Source of the DNA: Rhodosorus marinus CCMP1338
Lineage: Eukaryota > Plantae > Rhodophyta
DNA: 64,000 bases
Direction: 5' to 3'
Assembly (NCBI GenBank): GCA_029953675.1
Contig: JAMWBK010000011.1
Coordinates: 1,364,001-1,428,000 of the forward strand
This document shows positions 11,101-22,710 of this stretch, piece after piece. Position numbers and translations under genes: made by a program. The notes under the pieces were generated by a model that saw only the letters and a program-made list of their open reading frames with translations, was not told the origin of the DNA and did not search any database. Numbering within the stretch: the stretch's first letter is position 1; each line of letters starts with the position of its first letter.

Positions 11101-13081
11101 AAAGCCCTATCTGAACAAGTCATGGTGGCTGTTTGCCTATGCTCACCCCATCTAGTCCAGAAGTATCGCAAAGAGACCCGGTTCGCCATGCCCCTGTCCT
11201 CCTACAGTCCGAGGGATCATCTACGTCGCAGGTATCATAGAAGCAACTCCTTCCCTCATATAGTTCTGGTTCGCACTGGCAGAATCCTTCTCTCTGCCGG
11301 TCTGGTGCGAGGATCTGTGATGAAACTTCCAGCGTAAGTCCGGGGAAGGACGGGGTCTGACAGGAGCAGAAAGGGCGGCAACGGCTCTCGCTCTGTTCCC
11401 CACCGCTGCCTAAAGTTTCTAGTGCTTTGCTAGCTCACCCCCATGCTAAGGTCGTCCCCGTATCGAATTGCACATTTCTCACCGCTAACGCCATGTTGGA
11501 GCGTCAGTTGTCCAGGCACTTGGTATACGCAGGGAATGCCAGCGCATCCACAACGGAACGGCGACCTGTATGCAATCTATCAACCACCGTCGTGTGGGTT
11601 GAGAAAAGGATATGACCGTTTGTGAGAATTGAGTCACTGCGGATTCGAGAGCTGGGAACGTGGGGCGTATCCATCTGTTTCCTTCGCGTCTCTTCAACTC
11701 TGAAAAGTGAGCGTGCTTTTGAATATGTAGAACCACTCACCCCTGCATACTTGTAGAAGTGGCTACAAGGAGCACCTACTACTGTAGTTGTTTGCAGCGT
11801 CGAGAAAGCACTTGTGAAAATTTCGATCGTACAACTCGTATCCGAGTCTGTACTTACGCACTCACAGAGTCCATCCTCAACAAAGTGCGCCGTCTTAGTG
11901 AAAAATTCGACACAAGAGAGCGCAGTCGGATTTGGTCAATTGTGGGAAGTGTTCATCTAAGGAGAACTTGCGCAAAGGACGCGGACGAGACAGAATTCGA
12001 GTTTGTGATGACGGAGTTGATACTCCTCGCAGGGAAGGGCGGACTCACCCCTTTCCTGAAGCATTGATCACCGGGAGAAAATTCGGTCGAACAATCGAAC
12101 TCTGCAGGATCGCAGTCAGAAATCACACATTTGATTGCGGTCACATCACCGACGTCACATCTGCAGTCACTTTCTGAGCTCTCGTCAATCGATGTTCCCA
12201 CAAGGGTCTGCCAGTAGGTAGACGGAGGTCACAGCGGAAAAAATTTCTGAGCGTCGAGGAAATATTCTAGCCAAGATTGTGATGAATCCAACGAATAGGG
12301 ATCTTCTCGCGCCCACACGCACCCCTCGGAGGCCAAACAAAGCACAAGGACTGCCCAGATCTGTGGAAGATGAGGTACACGAAGCAGATTGCTGAACCCC
12401 GCTTGGAGTGTCTTCATCCACGAGCGTGCAAGTGTAACTCTTGCAGGTCTTGACAGCCGCCGGCAGCGGCAGGTCAGGCGGTAAACAGGGGAGTGACCCG
12501 CACGTGAGCGATATCATGCAGATCCTGGGCTGCTGGCCCTGTCGTTTGAAGCAAGTTTTCGTGTCGTCCAATCCAGCTGGTGCGTAGGAGTATATCAAAC
12601 CCGTTCCGCCCTCGGGAGCAACACCAGCTCGCACCAGGAGCTGCAAGTCTTCACTGCAGCAGTTGCCTTGGAAATTTAGGTCCGAGGCAGGTATGAAAAG
12701 TTTGGCCTTCTTGACCCGTTTCACCTTGGAGACGAACGGATACGCTTCCTGTGTGAGCTGGGGAATGTCCATTCCCTTCAGCAACACACCAGCCTCGAGC
12801 CGCTTGAGCTCGAACTCGTTTAGAGTGGCGTCGAAGGAGATCTCGATGCCGGCAGGAGCGTTCTTGGTGTACTTGACACAGAAGCGCCCGTAGGTCACCC
12901 CACTCCGCTTGAGTTTTCTGCAGAATTTGTTCCTCCCTCCGCTGATGCTCACTGAAGGTAATTCGTTAAGCATAGCGCCGCATTCACCGGAAGCGCCTGG
13001 AACGACACTCTGGGCGAGGCTTCCAGTCGCTTCAATAAACGCGACAACGAAGAGTGCAAAGATCCACCCCCTCGCCACCAT
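8146..13081 (-). CDS. Secreted Cys-rich modular protein, 16 exons (~946 aa): 13081-12323, 12207-12049, 11893-11741, 11576-11439, 11314-11147, 11008-10880, 10739-10629, 10537-10373, 10229-10107, 9915-9790, 9610-9449, 9270-9109, 8958-8806, 8702-8559, 8465-8337, 8205-8146
   Basis: Signal peptide MVARGWIFALFVVAFIEATGSLA. Manual translation gives one open frame using GT..AG introns of 91-191 nt, all phase 0. Every internal exon has a CxC motif and usually a late GxxC. The true 3' end is uncertain. Confidence 0.8.
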
Positions 13082-13751
13082 GGCCGAACGATTGAGCAAC
13101 CAAGCAATCCACAGTCCCAGAACGGATGCCTACCAACCCAAACACACACCTTCTCACTACGACTTATGCCAACGAGCAAACCCACCCGGATAGCGCTCCA
13201 GAACACATAAAAAGGGATAAACAGCCGCAAGCACCGAATGTCAGTTCTCTTCCAATCCTGACGTACCCGAACTCCAACTATGCATATATGATATCAGTGC
13301 ACACCCAACAAATCTTCCATGCACATGGGCTCTTGTGACGCAAAGGGAAAAATCGACCGAAATATGCTGAGGCAATAAACCATTCATCATCATCAGAGTA
13401 GGAGTATAAAATAGGCTACGTTAGCGTAGAATATGAGAAGGCGAAAGGGAAAAGGTAGACAAGTAACCACCAACAGAGCCTCCCTAAAACCCAAACCTAA
13501 GCAAAACATCCTCCCCAACCCTCCAAACCCCTTCCCCCCCCCAATAATAGGGATGCGCCCAGAAAGGGTTGCAGTAGTAAAGGCGCAAATTGTTAAAAAG
13601 GATTCGATGGATATTCAAAGTGGAAGCTGGAGTAGGCCATGGACCTTCAGTGCGACCTTAGTCGATCCTAGTCTTCCTTCCACTTGATTTTGTTTTTGCA
13701 TCCGATTAGCCAGATTAGCACTCTGCGGTGTGCACGACCAAATAAAAGAAT

Positions 13752-14350
13752 CCACTGTTTTTTTCTGTTTTTTTATCTCTAACGGTTTTTTTATCTCTAA
13801 CTGCTTTTTTAGCTTGTATAAAGAAACGACTGTTTTTTTCTGTTTTTTTATCTCTAACGTTTTGTTTTTTTTATCTCTATCTGCTTTTCTAGGTTGTATA
13901 AAGAAACAACTGTTTTTTTTCTGTTTTTTTATCTCTAACTTTTTTTTTTGATCTCTAACTGCTTTTTTAGGTTGTAGTTCGCCACTGTCTCCCTACACCT
14001 CGTAAAAGAAGCGCCTGTTTTTTTCTGTTTTTTTATCTTTAACGTTTGTTTTTTTGGATATCTAACTGCTTTTTTAGGTTGTATAAACAAACGACTGTTT
14101 GTTTTCTGTTTTTTTATCTCTAACGTTTTATTTTGATCTCTAACTGCTTTTTTTGGTTGTCCAAAAAAACGTAACTGTTTTTTCTGTTTTCTTAACTCTA
14201 ACGTCTTTTGTTTTATGTCTAACTGTTGTTTTAAGGTGTAGTTTGCCACTGTCTCCCTACACCTTGTAAAAGAAAGGACTGTTTTTTTCTGTTTTTGTTT
14301 TATCTCTGACGGTTTTTTTAGGTTGTAGTTTGTCTCCCTACACCTCGTGA
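13752..14350. repeat. T-rich minisatellite, about 7-8 units of ~78 bp and ~105 bp
   Basis: Recurring CTGTTTTTTTCTGTTTTTTTATCTCTAAC...CTGCTTTTTTAGGTTGT. Long units add GCCACTGTCTCCCTACACCTYGTAAAAGAA. Confidence 0.9.
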
Positions 14351-14639
14351 ATGTGCATGCACACGCGCTGGTTTTTGCATAGCCTGAAGCGCTCCGCAGG
14401 GCGTGAAAAGCAAGTTTTCTGGAATCTGCAATAGGCAAATCGAACGAAGGCAAATCAGCGCTGTGCATGGTTTTTTATGCACTGCACTGGTTTGCATACT
14501 GCAGTGTCCGCACCGACCTCACACGTTCTCAACTATTGTTTGACTGGTTCTTCGCGTGGCGGAACGAGTGTGTTCGAATTAACGATTTAATCGCAAACTG
14601 AAATAAACGTTCAAACGCTCATATCTTGTTCGGATCTCC

Positions 14640-17600
14640 TAGGCGCTCGCGCAGAGGACCTTCCAGCTTTGGCGATTGCGGCCCATTTTGGGCGCCTTTC
14701 CCGGGTTCAGCAGAACCTACTAGATCGGCTCCCAATCAGCGGTTTTCTGTATTCTGCTCTTAAGGATTTTCTTGCCTCACAGACTTCGCTTTTGGAGACT
14801 CATCCTGTTTTTCTTCTTCAGGTGTTTCCCATGGGGCGTCTCTCTGAAGGCACGTTTCCTCTCATGGATGTGGAGGAGCCTCCTGCCATGGATAGTGCTG
14901 GCGGGGATCCGGTGGATCCGCTCGCTATCGAGCCGAGCACCCCCGAGGCCTCGGGTGTTCGGCGTCGCGTTGCCGGCTCTTTGGCGGCTGCTTATGCGTC
15001 CCTCTAATCTCTGCGTCTCCCTCCGCCCAAGCGTCCTCTTTTTGAGGCCAGGGGCGGGGGACAATTCTTCTCCTTCCCACCCTGATTGGCATCCCAATGA
15101 CGCTTCCTCCGGAGTGAGGGAGCAGGATATCCGAGTTCCTCCGGGATCCTTGCGAGCTCCCTGCTTTTTTCACTCTTCCGGGTAGTTTTGAGGACTGGCG
15201 TTCTACCCTTTTCCCCTGGTTTGCGGGGTTCGTAGCCCGTTTCCCTTTGGGGATATTCCTCTCTGCTCTCACTCCCGCCCACACTCTCACCCTCATTGCT
15301 TGCGTAGGCGGGTGTCTTTTCTTCTAGATTTTTTGCTGCTGGAAGTGGCTGACCATCATCAGGAGCCATTAGGTTGGAAACTAATGTTCATTTTCCCTCG
15401 TCTCGTCCTTACGGTCTCAAAAGGGCGTAACACATGCCCTATTCGCGGCAAAGTTCAAGCTTTTCTAGCTTGAAAGGAAGCAGTGGGGCAGAGGGATATG
15501 CGACGGGTTCGTCAATCCTTCAGCATGGCGCGTCAGTCGAACCTTATCGGACTGACCTGGCTGACGCAGTCACCGCGTTGTTTCCTGTGCACGACGTGAG
15601 TTGGAACGCTGGGTTCCAGACCCCTTCGCCGCCGCTCCGCAGGACACGGGTCGGGTGTTCGTCCGGTTTGATGAGGTTCAGGCTCTTATCGGGTCCGCTC
15701 CGCGACACTGTGCACCGGGTCCCTCTGGATTTCGCGTCGAACTCTTTCAGTGGTTGGGTGAGGACGGCTTGGACGCTCTGGCTCGAGTGCTTGAGGGCCT
15801 TGTCAATGGGGATGACCTTTGTGCGGATGCTTGGACGTAAGTGTCCCGCTCCCAGCTTGCACTGCTGCCCAAGCCTGGCCATATACGCCAGACACCTTCC
15901 TTGCGCCCAATCGGGATGCGTGAGGCGCTGCAGATGCTCGCGAGTCGTTTCCTCTCGCGCCGGTTCACTCTGGAAGCACGGAGTTTTTTTGGGCTGACGC
16001 AGGTCGGCGTCGGGTATTCCGGGGGTTTTGAATTGGTTTCTCGCGTACTTCAATTGGATGGTCCGCGCGATGAACCTTTCGGTACGCTCTCGGTCGATTT
16101 CACCAATGCTTTCAACAGCGGCTCTCGGGTTCATGCGCTGGAGGTTGTTCGTCAGTTGTTCCCGACAAGGTTCGGTTTCCTGCGGCGCGTCTACGGTGAG
16201 GGTCCAAATGGCCCCCGCCTTGACACCTTGGGCGTGGACACTCACACTTTCACAGCCCATACTGGGGTTCAGCAGGGGGACCCTCTCGGGCCTTTCCTCC
16301 GCGCCTGCGGATTACAGTTTGTGTTGTTGCGGCTCAAACACCAGTTCCCCAGGATCCGTGTCGTTGCCTTTCATGATGACGTGACGCTCCTCGGCACTCC
16401 GGATGATCTGGTGCCGGCTTACGATTTCCTCGGGGAGATGGCCACTTCGGTGGGCCTGTCGATATACCACGCGAAATGTGACTTCTGGGGTGACTCTCTG
16501 CGCACCGCTGCAGAAGTGCCCTCAAGATTTTTGGATATCTGGCGCCCAGAGGGTTTCATCCATTTTGTTGTCCCGGTAGGCACGCTGAGCGTTATCGAGC
16601 GCACCCTTGGCGAGCGAATGAGGGAACATGAGTCGCTGCTGGCCGAGTTGTGTCGGCTCCCTGAAGGGTTTTTGAAGACGGCGATGCCCATCTTCTGTTT
16701 CAGTGCGTGCCAGCGTTTGAACTATTTCCTCCGGCAGTTGCCTTCTCATTGGGGGGCATGGCTGGCCCTTCGAGAAGATCAGCGTGCGCGGGAAGTGTTG
16801 GGCTCCTTGCTGGACACGGATTTCTCTACACTTGAAGGCACCGACACGGACACCCTCCACCGACAGCTCGCTTTACGCGTCCGGCTGGGCGGGCTGGCCG
16901 TGGGGTCTTTTGCGCCCATCCAACCGGCGGCACTGGTGAGTTCATGGGCCAACTCGCTCATTACGTGGTCTCCCGAGGGCGATTCGAATGTGCGAGGTTT
17001 GCTCTGCGGCCTTCGTGAGGGGCGATTGGATCAACTTCTGAGCTCGCGGCTTGGTGGCCTGTTCGAGGAGTTGGAGAAAGCGCTGCAAGCGTGTATTACC
17101 GTACCCACTACTACACTGCCCCGCTATGGTTCTTGGCGGGCAGTTCTGGATTCCTTTCACGCCCAGGTCCCGGCGGCCGAGGCGGGTGGCGGACGGATCG
17201 CGCAGGATGTTGAGGCAGCCGGAGCTGTCGCTGATGTAAATGTTGATGCGGATGATGCTGAAACGGATGATGTGACCGTGCCTTCACGGCCGCCAGAGGA
17301 CTCTGTTTCTGAGTTGGGCCGGGTCCCATCGAGGAACGATGTAATTCAAAAGGCCCTATCATGGGACATACATCGCAACTCTCATGCCTACCTCCTGAGT
17401 TCACCGTCCCCTTCGGCCTCTACTTTGGCAAGCCTCCGCGGTTTGGGAGGTAGCCTGAGCTCGCATTTTTTTATGGTCATCCCTGCATATCCGCGGTTGG
17501 TGCTGGCGGATTTTGAGTTGCGGGTGGCCTTCCGCTTGTACCTGGAGTTACAACAACCCCCTTGGCCGTTTGGGCCAGATTCGATGTGCACTCTTTGCGG

Positions 17601-18235
17601 CGCTTCTGTGACCGTAGGTGATTCCGGTTTACACTTGTTGGCGTCTTGTGCGGAGGTCCAGAGAGCCCGAACCCGACGTCACACGCGGATAAATCGTTTG
17701 CTCTTTCGCTACCTTTGGTCGCAGGTACTCGGCACGGCCCGGGAGGTCGAGTATGAAGTTCCTTTACCAGTGGCAGCGGCAATTGAGGGCGAACCTGGTG
17801 GTGGACGCGGCAATGTGGTGCAGCGAGTTGCAGATCTTGTGGTGTCTGACCTGAATGCTCGTCAAAGCGAGTACATCGACCTTTCGATCCCATGCCCCAA
17901 AGCTTCCAGGTACTTGCCAGCGTCCGCCCAGCGTCAAGGAGCAGCCACTCGGTCGGTGCGGTTGTTGAAGGAGTCCCAGTACGCTGCGGGGATGCCGGAA
18001 CCCGCCCTACGCGACTCTGCGCTGTCGTATCGGTTTGTCCCCCTCACCATCGAATCCTTCGGCTTGGTTGACAGTGTGGGTTCTCGTTGGTTGCGTGGTA
18101 TTTTTGATCGTGACTCAGAGAGGTCTTGATAGCCTCCTCACGGAGCTGTTTTTGGCTCTTTGGCGTTGCAACGTTGCTTTGTTATCGGATGCACGTCATC
18201 AGCGTCTTGTTTCCCGTTTCTCAGGGTAGTTAGAT
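14640..18235 (+). mobile_element. Family D2 CRE-like element, 5'-truncated within ORF1; RT + Zn knuckle + RLE, with stops/frameshifts
   Basis: 15841-18129: RPIGMRE, SVDFTNAFN, QQGDPLGP, AFHDD, GGL, CTLC..HLLASC, RTRRH, VADLVV, YIDLSIPCP, PLTIESFG. 14669-15007 resembles D ORF1 (LKDFLASQTSLLETHP vs LEAFLSTEATLLEAHP). Confidence 0.92.
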
Positions 18236-18256
18236 TTCTAGCGCTACATTAGGTAG

Positions 18257-20740
18257 TTGAACGTGTTGCACCGCATTGATCGCCGGCTTGCAAAACGCAT
18301 CATCGACGCGCGTTTTCCGGAGTTGCTCCCACTCTATGTGCTTGGGTATGGTAGTGATTCTGCCGACGGCTCGTACCACTTCGGCTGGCTTCCTGAAGAA
18401 AACTCCCCTTCTTCCTCGCGAGATCGATTCTTCCTCCGCTCGCGTACTGGCGTTCAACAGGGCGATCCCCTCGCACCGGTGCTCCGTGCCCTTGCTCTTT
18501 CGCCATATCTTATGGCGATGCGCACTCTCTTTCCCAGCATCACGATGCTCGGGCTCCATGACGACATTAGCTTGGTTGTCCCCTATTACACCATTCAAGA
18601 GGCATTTCACTGGAGTCAAAAGAGTTTTAAGCTCTCTCGGCGCCCGACTGCAACCGGATAAGTGCGTCCTCTTTGGCTCGCCGCGGCTTGTCAATCACGA
18701 CTTCCCCGCAGTTGATTTTACGCGGCATGGAGTGATGCTACACTCTGTCCCTGTGGGCACCCGGGCCTTTGTCATCCGAGCCTGCCGCAAGTTGCAACTA
18801 CACACGCCAAGCTCGTCAAAGGGATTCAGAAACTCCCAGAAGGCGAGTTGCAGACGAAGATGGCCCTCTTTCGCTACTGTGCTGGTCCGAGGCTGGACTA
18901 TCATCTCCGGTGCCTGGCCCTTGTTTTTGGTGCGCTTCTCGCTACTGAGGCGGACACAATCACAATGCACGAGTTGGACACGTTGTGCGGAGGTCTGCTT
19001 ATTCTGCAAGGGCTCCCACCGGAAGAGTTGGATACCGTGAAAGTCCAAATTCGCTTACCTGGCAAGTGGGGTGGGCTTGGTCTGGCTACGCGCGTTCGCA
19101 TTCACCCGATTGCTTTTTACGCCGTTTGGCTTCGCACGCTTCAGAATAATGTGGCTGACAATACCTTTTTGAGACGTCTGGGCACGGCGTGTCGCGGGGC
19201 CGATCCCAACGTGGTTACGGCGCTTGAACCTCTCGCCAGTTCTGCAGACCACCTGGAACACCAACTCATGCTCGCCAGCCGATGGACAACTTCTCGCCTC
19301 AGCTTCCGCACTTCTGCTCGTATTCGAACGCTCGCACTTTGGTCTAAGGCGCTTCCAACAGGTGATGCAGTCTCTGCTTCCATCAATCCTCCGCTCGCAT
19401 GTCCTCTACAACACATACTCTCAGGAGAGCCACCGTAGAGCGTTCGAGAATATCGTGGATAATTCCGATCTTGACGATTGCACTCGTGCCCGTGTCCGAT
19501 CTGCTTCCGGTGCCGGCGCTGGCGGCTGGCTTCGTGACCTCCCTAGCACAGGGCCTGAGCTCCTTTCCACCGAAGAAATTCGCTGCAGCTTGCGTCTTCT
19601 TTTGGGGCTCCCGATACCTGGTCCTCGCACTACCCCTGAGTGCACGGTCTGTGGCAAACCACACGCGGCGGATGGGACCCAACGCTTATTCCACTGCTCT
19701 ACTTCGGCCGGGAACTGGACTCTGCGGCATAATCGCATTCATGATGAACTGGACTTTACTAGCATAGCCTGAAGCGCTACGCAAAGCGTGAAGATGAACT
19801 AATAACTAGGGAGGGAAGCATGCAACCCCAGGCGCCGATGGCGCGCCTCGGAAAGCATGTCGCTGGAATATCGCCAAAGGGAGACACTTAAACGCCTCAA
19901 GAGCGTTTGAGCGCCAAATATTCAGTAGGATGCTCAGCAAAACATTTCCGCAACCACTCTAAACCCGACTTATCCACGTGACCAAAGCTTTCCACAATGA
20001 ATGGCTGGAACCGGTGAGAGCGACCCTCAGCGCAAGGCAGACTGGCCATGCTCTCAGCATACCGTCGTTCCTTAACTCAAAAATGAACTTGCGCGTCACT
20101 TACGCCGGTGGGCACCTGAATGAGATTCAAGTTGAGCCCTCCGGGTTTTTTGAGGGTAGTCGACTTCGACCCGACATTGTTGTTCGTCATCACTGCACAG
20201 GCAAGCAGCACGTTCTTGATGTCAAGGTGGATTCCCCTCTACGAGTCCACCTAGTTGCTCGAGCCACATGTCAAACCGGGTATGCTGCCGCCAACGCGGA
20301 GGTCGGGAAGCGAGCCAAATATCGTGATGCCATCGATGACCGCAGTGACTTCCAATTTGTACCTTTCGACGTCGAAGGGTTTGGAAGACTTGGTCAACCC
20401 GCCCAAGATTTCATCAACGAAACTACTGAACACCTTGGACACAAAACAGACGCGTGTACTCTCCTGCGTGAGGACCTTAGTCGAGAACTATGGCGTGGTA
20501 CGGCTAGCTTAGCGATCCGTGCCACGCGCAAAGATGATCATGTTCGGACAATGTTCCCTGTTGTTCTGGGAGGCGATCGACAAAGACCAGGCAGACCGAT
20601 CGATATTCCCACTAGCTAGAAGTTAGATGAGACCCCTGGACAGGGGGTCTAGGTGAGTTTAGAGCGAAGATAGAGTAGTGGTATTTCGCTGCGGTAGGTA
20701 GCTGCCGAATAAAGGCTACGGGGTTACGTTAGTCTGGGGT
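18257..20740 (+). mobile_element. Family B2 5'-truncated element (RT to RLE), split by a family C insertion
   Basis: HRIDRR, QQGDPLAP, LHDD, GGLGLATR, CTVC..H, RHNRIHDEL | ELARH..RPDIVVRH..PFDVEGFG. Ends in the AATAAAGGCTACGGGTTACGTTAGTCTGGGGTT terminus. Confidence 0.9.
19751..20082 (-). mobile_element. Family C 3' fragment nested antisense in B2, with 7-bp TSD ATGAACT
   Basis: Reverse complement of the C terminus and tail. ATGAACT at 19744-19750 and 20083-20089. Confidence 0.9.
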
Positions 20741-22710
20741 TGACACCTCTCGCCTGACTCTCCAAGCAGCTACAGGAGTCCAACAGGGAGATCCACTGGG
20801 GCCGGTGCTACACGCACTATCCCTGGCGCCCTTTCTAAGAGCGTTGCGAGCCAAGTTCTCCAACGAAACGATTGCTGCTATCCACGACGATATCACGATT
20901 GTCGGGCCGCTACAAGCCTTGAAGGCATCCCTGGCATGGGGAAAAACTGTGCTCCCCTCTCTTGGAGCACGCCTGCAACTCGGCAAGTGCACTGTGTACG
21001 GGCGAACACTGACTACCACGCGAGTGGTCAATCATGAGATTCCTGGAGTCCAAGTGACCAGAGACGGAGTCACCATCCACTCGATACCGATAGGCAGCCG
21101 AGAATATATCGAACAGGAGTGCCGGGGGCTGCAAAATAAGCATGAGAAACTCTTTGAGGAAATTGCCAAGCTCCCACAACCGGAGCTTACGACGCAAATT
21201 GCCCTCTCCAGGTTCTGTGCGGAAACGCGGTTAGACTATGTTCTACGATGCCTCGCATACGAATTTGGAAGAACTCTGGCACGCGAGGCCGATGAGATGA
21301 CCAGATATCATCTGGAAATTCTATTCGGAGGCCTCGCTACGACAGCTGTAGAGGACGACGAGTACGCAGAGCTGATCTCGGACCAAATCGCTCTGCCCTG
21401 CAGCTGGGGGCGGGGGGTTGGGTTTCGCTACTCGAAAGCGCGTCCAACCCATCGCGTTTTACTCGTCATGGAGAAACACCTTCCGGAACAATGAAGATGA
21501 ATGGCCATACCTGACTGAACTAGAGCGGGAGGTTTCGGCAGAACGCTCACCAGACACATACGAGCCGACGGAGCAACGATGGTCGACTGCACAGCTGACG
21601 GACCAGATCTGTGCATCGTCGCGAGCAATACAACGGAGGCTCGGACCAGAAACCCCGCCGCGGATCTTGGCACTGACTACCCTGCAACAACCGCCAGAAA
21701 CATCTCTTCGAAGCGCACCGGGCGAGACTGCAGCTTGGAATAATGGTTCAATACAACAAACCCTCTCTCTGGAATGCACAATGGTGTGCCTCTCGAGAGA
21801 GAGGCACACCATTGTGCATTCCAAAGGTTGGTCACCAACCCACGAATCTCCCCTGAAAACCGAGCTTCGAGTCCATAGAGCAAGAGCCTGAGGGGTACTT
21901 CGAGAACTACGGACTGCGACCTGACGCGCTTTGCGCGTAGACCAGTTGGAGAATCCGCTGGTGCCTGTTTTTTCTTTTGAACGTAGCATGAGACCCCGGT
22001 AGCGGGGTTCCAGTAAGTTTCTCCCTAGATAGGATTAGACGTAGTGCTGCGCTGCAGTAGGCAGCTGCCCAGTAAAACTTACGGTTACTAGGCCCGAGGA
22101 CCAAACAAAGGTATGCGCTGGATGTGACTGCGGTGTCACCATTACAGGGAAAATATTTGCGGCGGAGCCAAGATGATAGTGGATACGCGGCGAGAGCTGC
22201 GGAGAAGTGGAAAATCGCTCACTACAAGGAAGCGATGGTGATCGAGAAACTGGATGACAAGTTCATCCCGATAGCGATAGAGACGTTTGGGCGTACGGGG
22301 CGAATGGCACAAGAGTTCCTCCGCGACAGCTGCAAACACCTACTGCACAGGAGTGAGGAGCTGAGAGACGTGAGATCCCAGATAAACCGGCAACTATGGC
22401 GAGGTAACGCAGAGACAGCACTAGGCGCTTCGTCTGGGGTTCCTCCGCGACAGCTGCAAACACTTACTGCACAGGAGTGAGGAGCTGAGAGATGTGAGAT
22501 CTCAGATGAACCGGCAACTATGGCGAGGTAATGCAGAGATAGCACTAGTCGCTTTGCGCGTGGACCAGCTGGAGAATCCGCTGGTGCCTGTTTTTTCTTT
22601 GAACGTAGCATGAGACCCCGGTAGCGGGGTTCCAGTAAGTTTCTCCCTAGATAGGATTAGACGTAGTGTTGCGCTGCAGTAGGCAGCTGCCCAGTAAAGC
22701 TTACGGTTAC
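20741..22710 (+). mobile_element. Head-to-tail family A truncated copies (20741-22088 with internal deletions; 22089-22710)
   Basis: QQGDP, AIHDD, RLDYVLRCL and RLE motifs; two A termini ending GGTTAC. Confidence 0.9.

Noticed and set aside
13935-14468. 177-aa Lys/Gln-rich ORF
   Set aside because: Mostly a translation of the T-rich minisatellite on the opposite strand.
15841-18129. RTs as group II intron, retron or DGR components
   Set aside because: The C-terminal Zn knuckle plus RLE, 5' truncations, TSDs and simple-repeat tails identify TPRT non-LTR elements.
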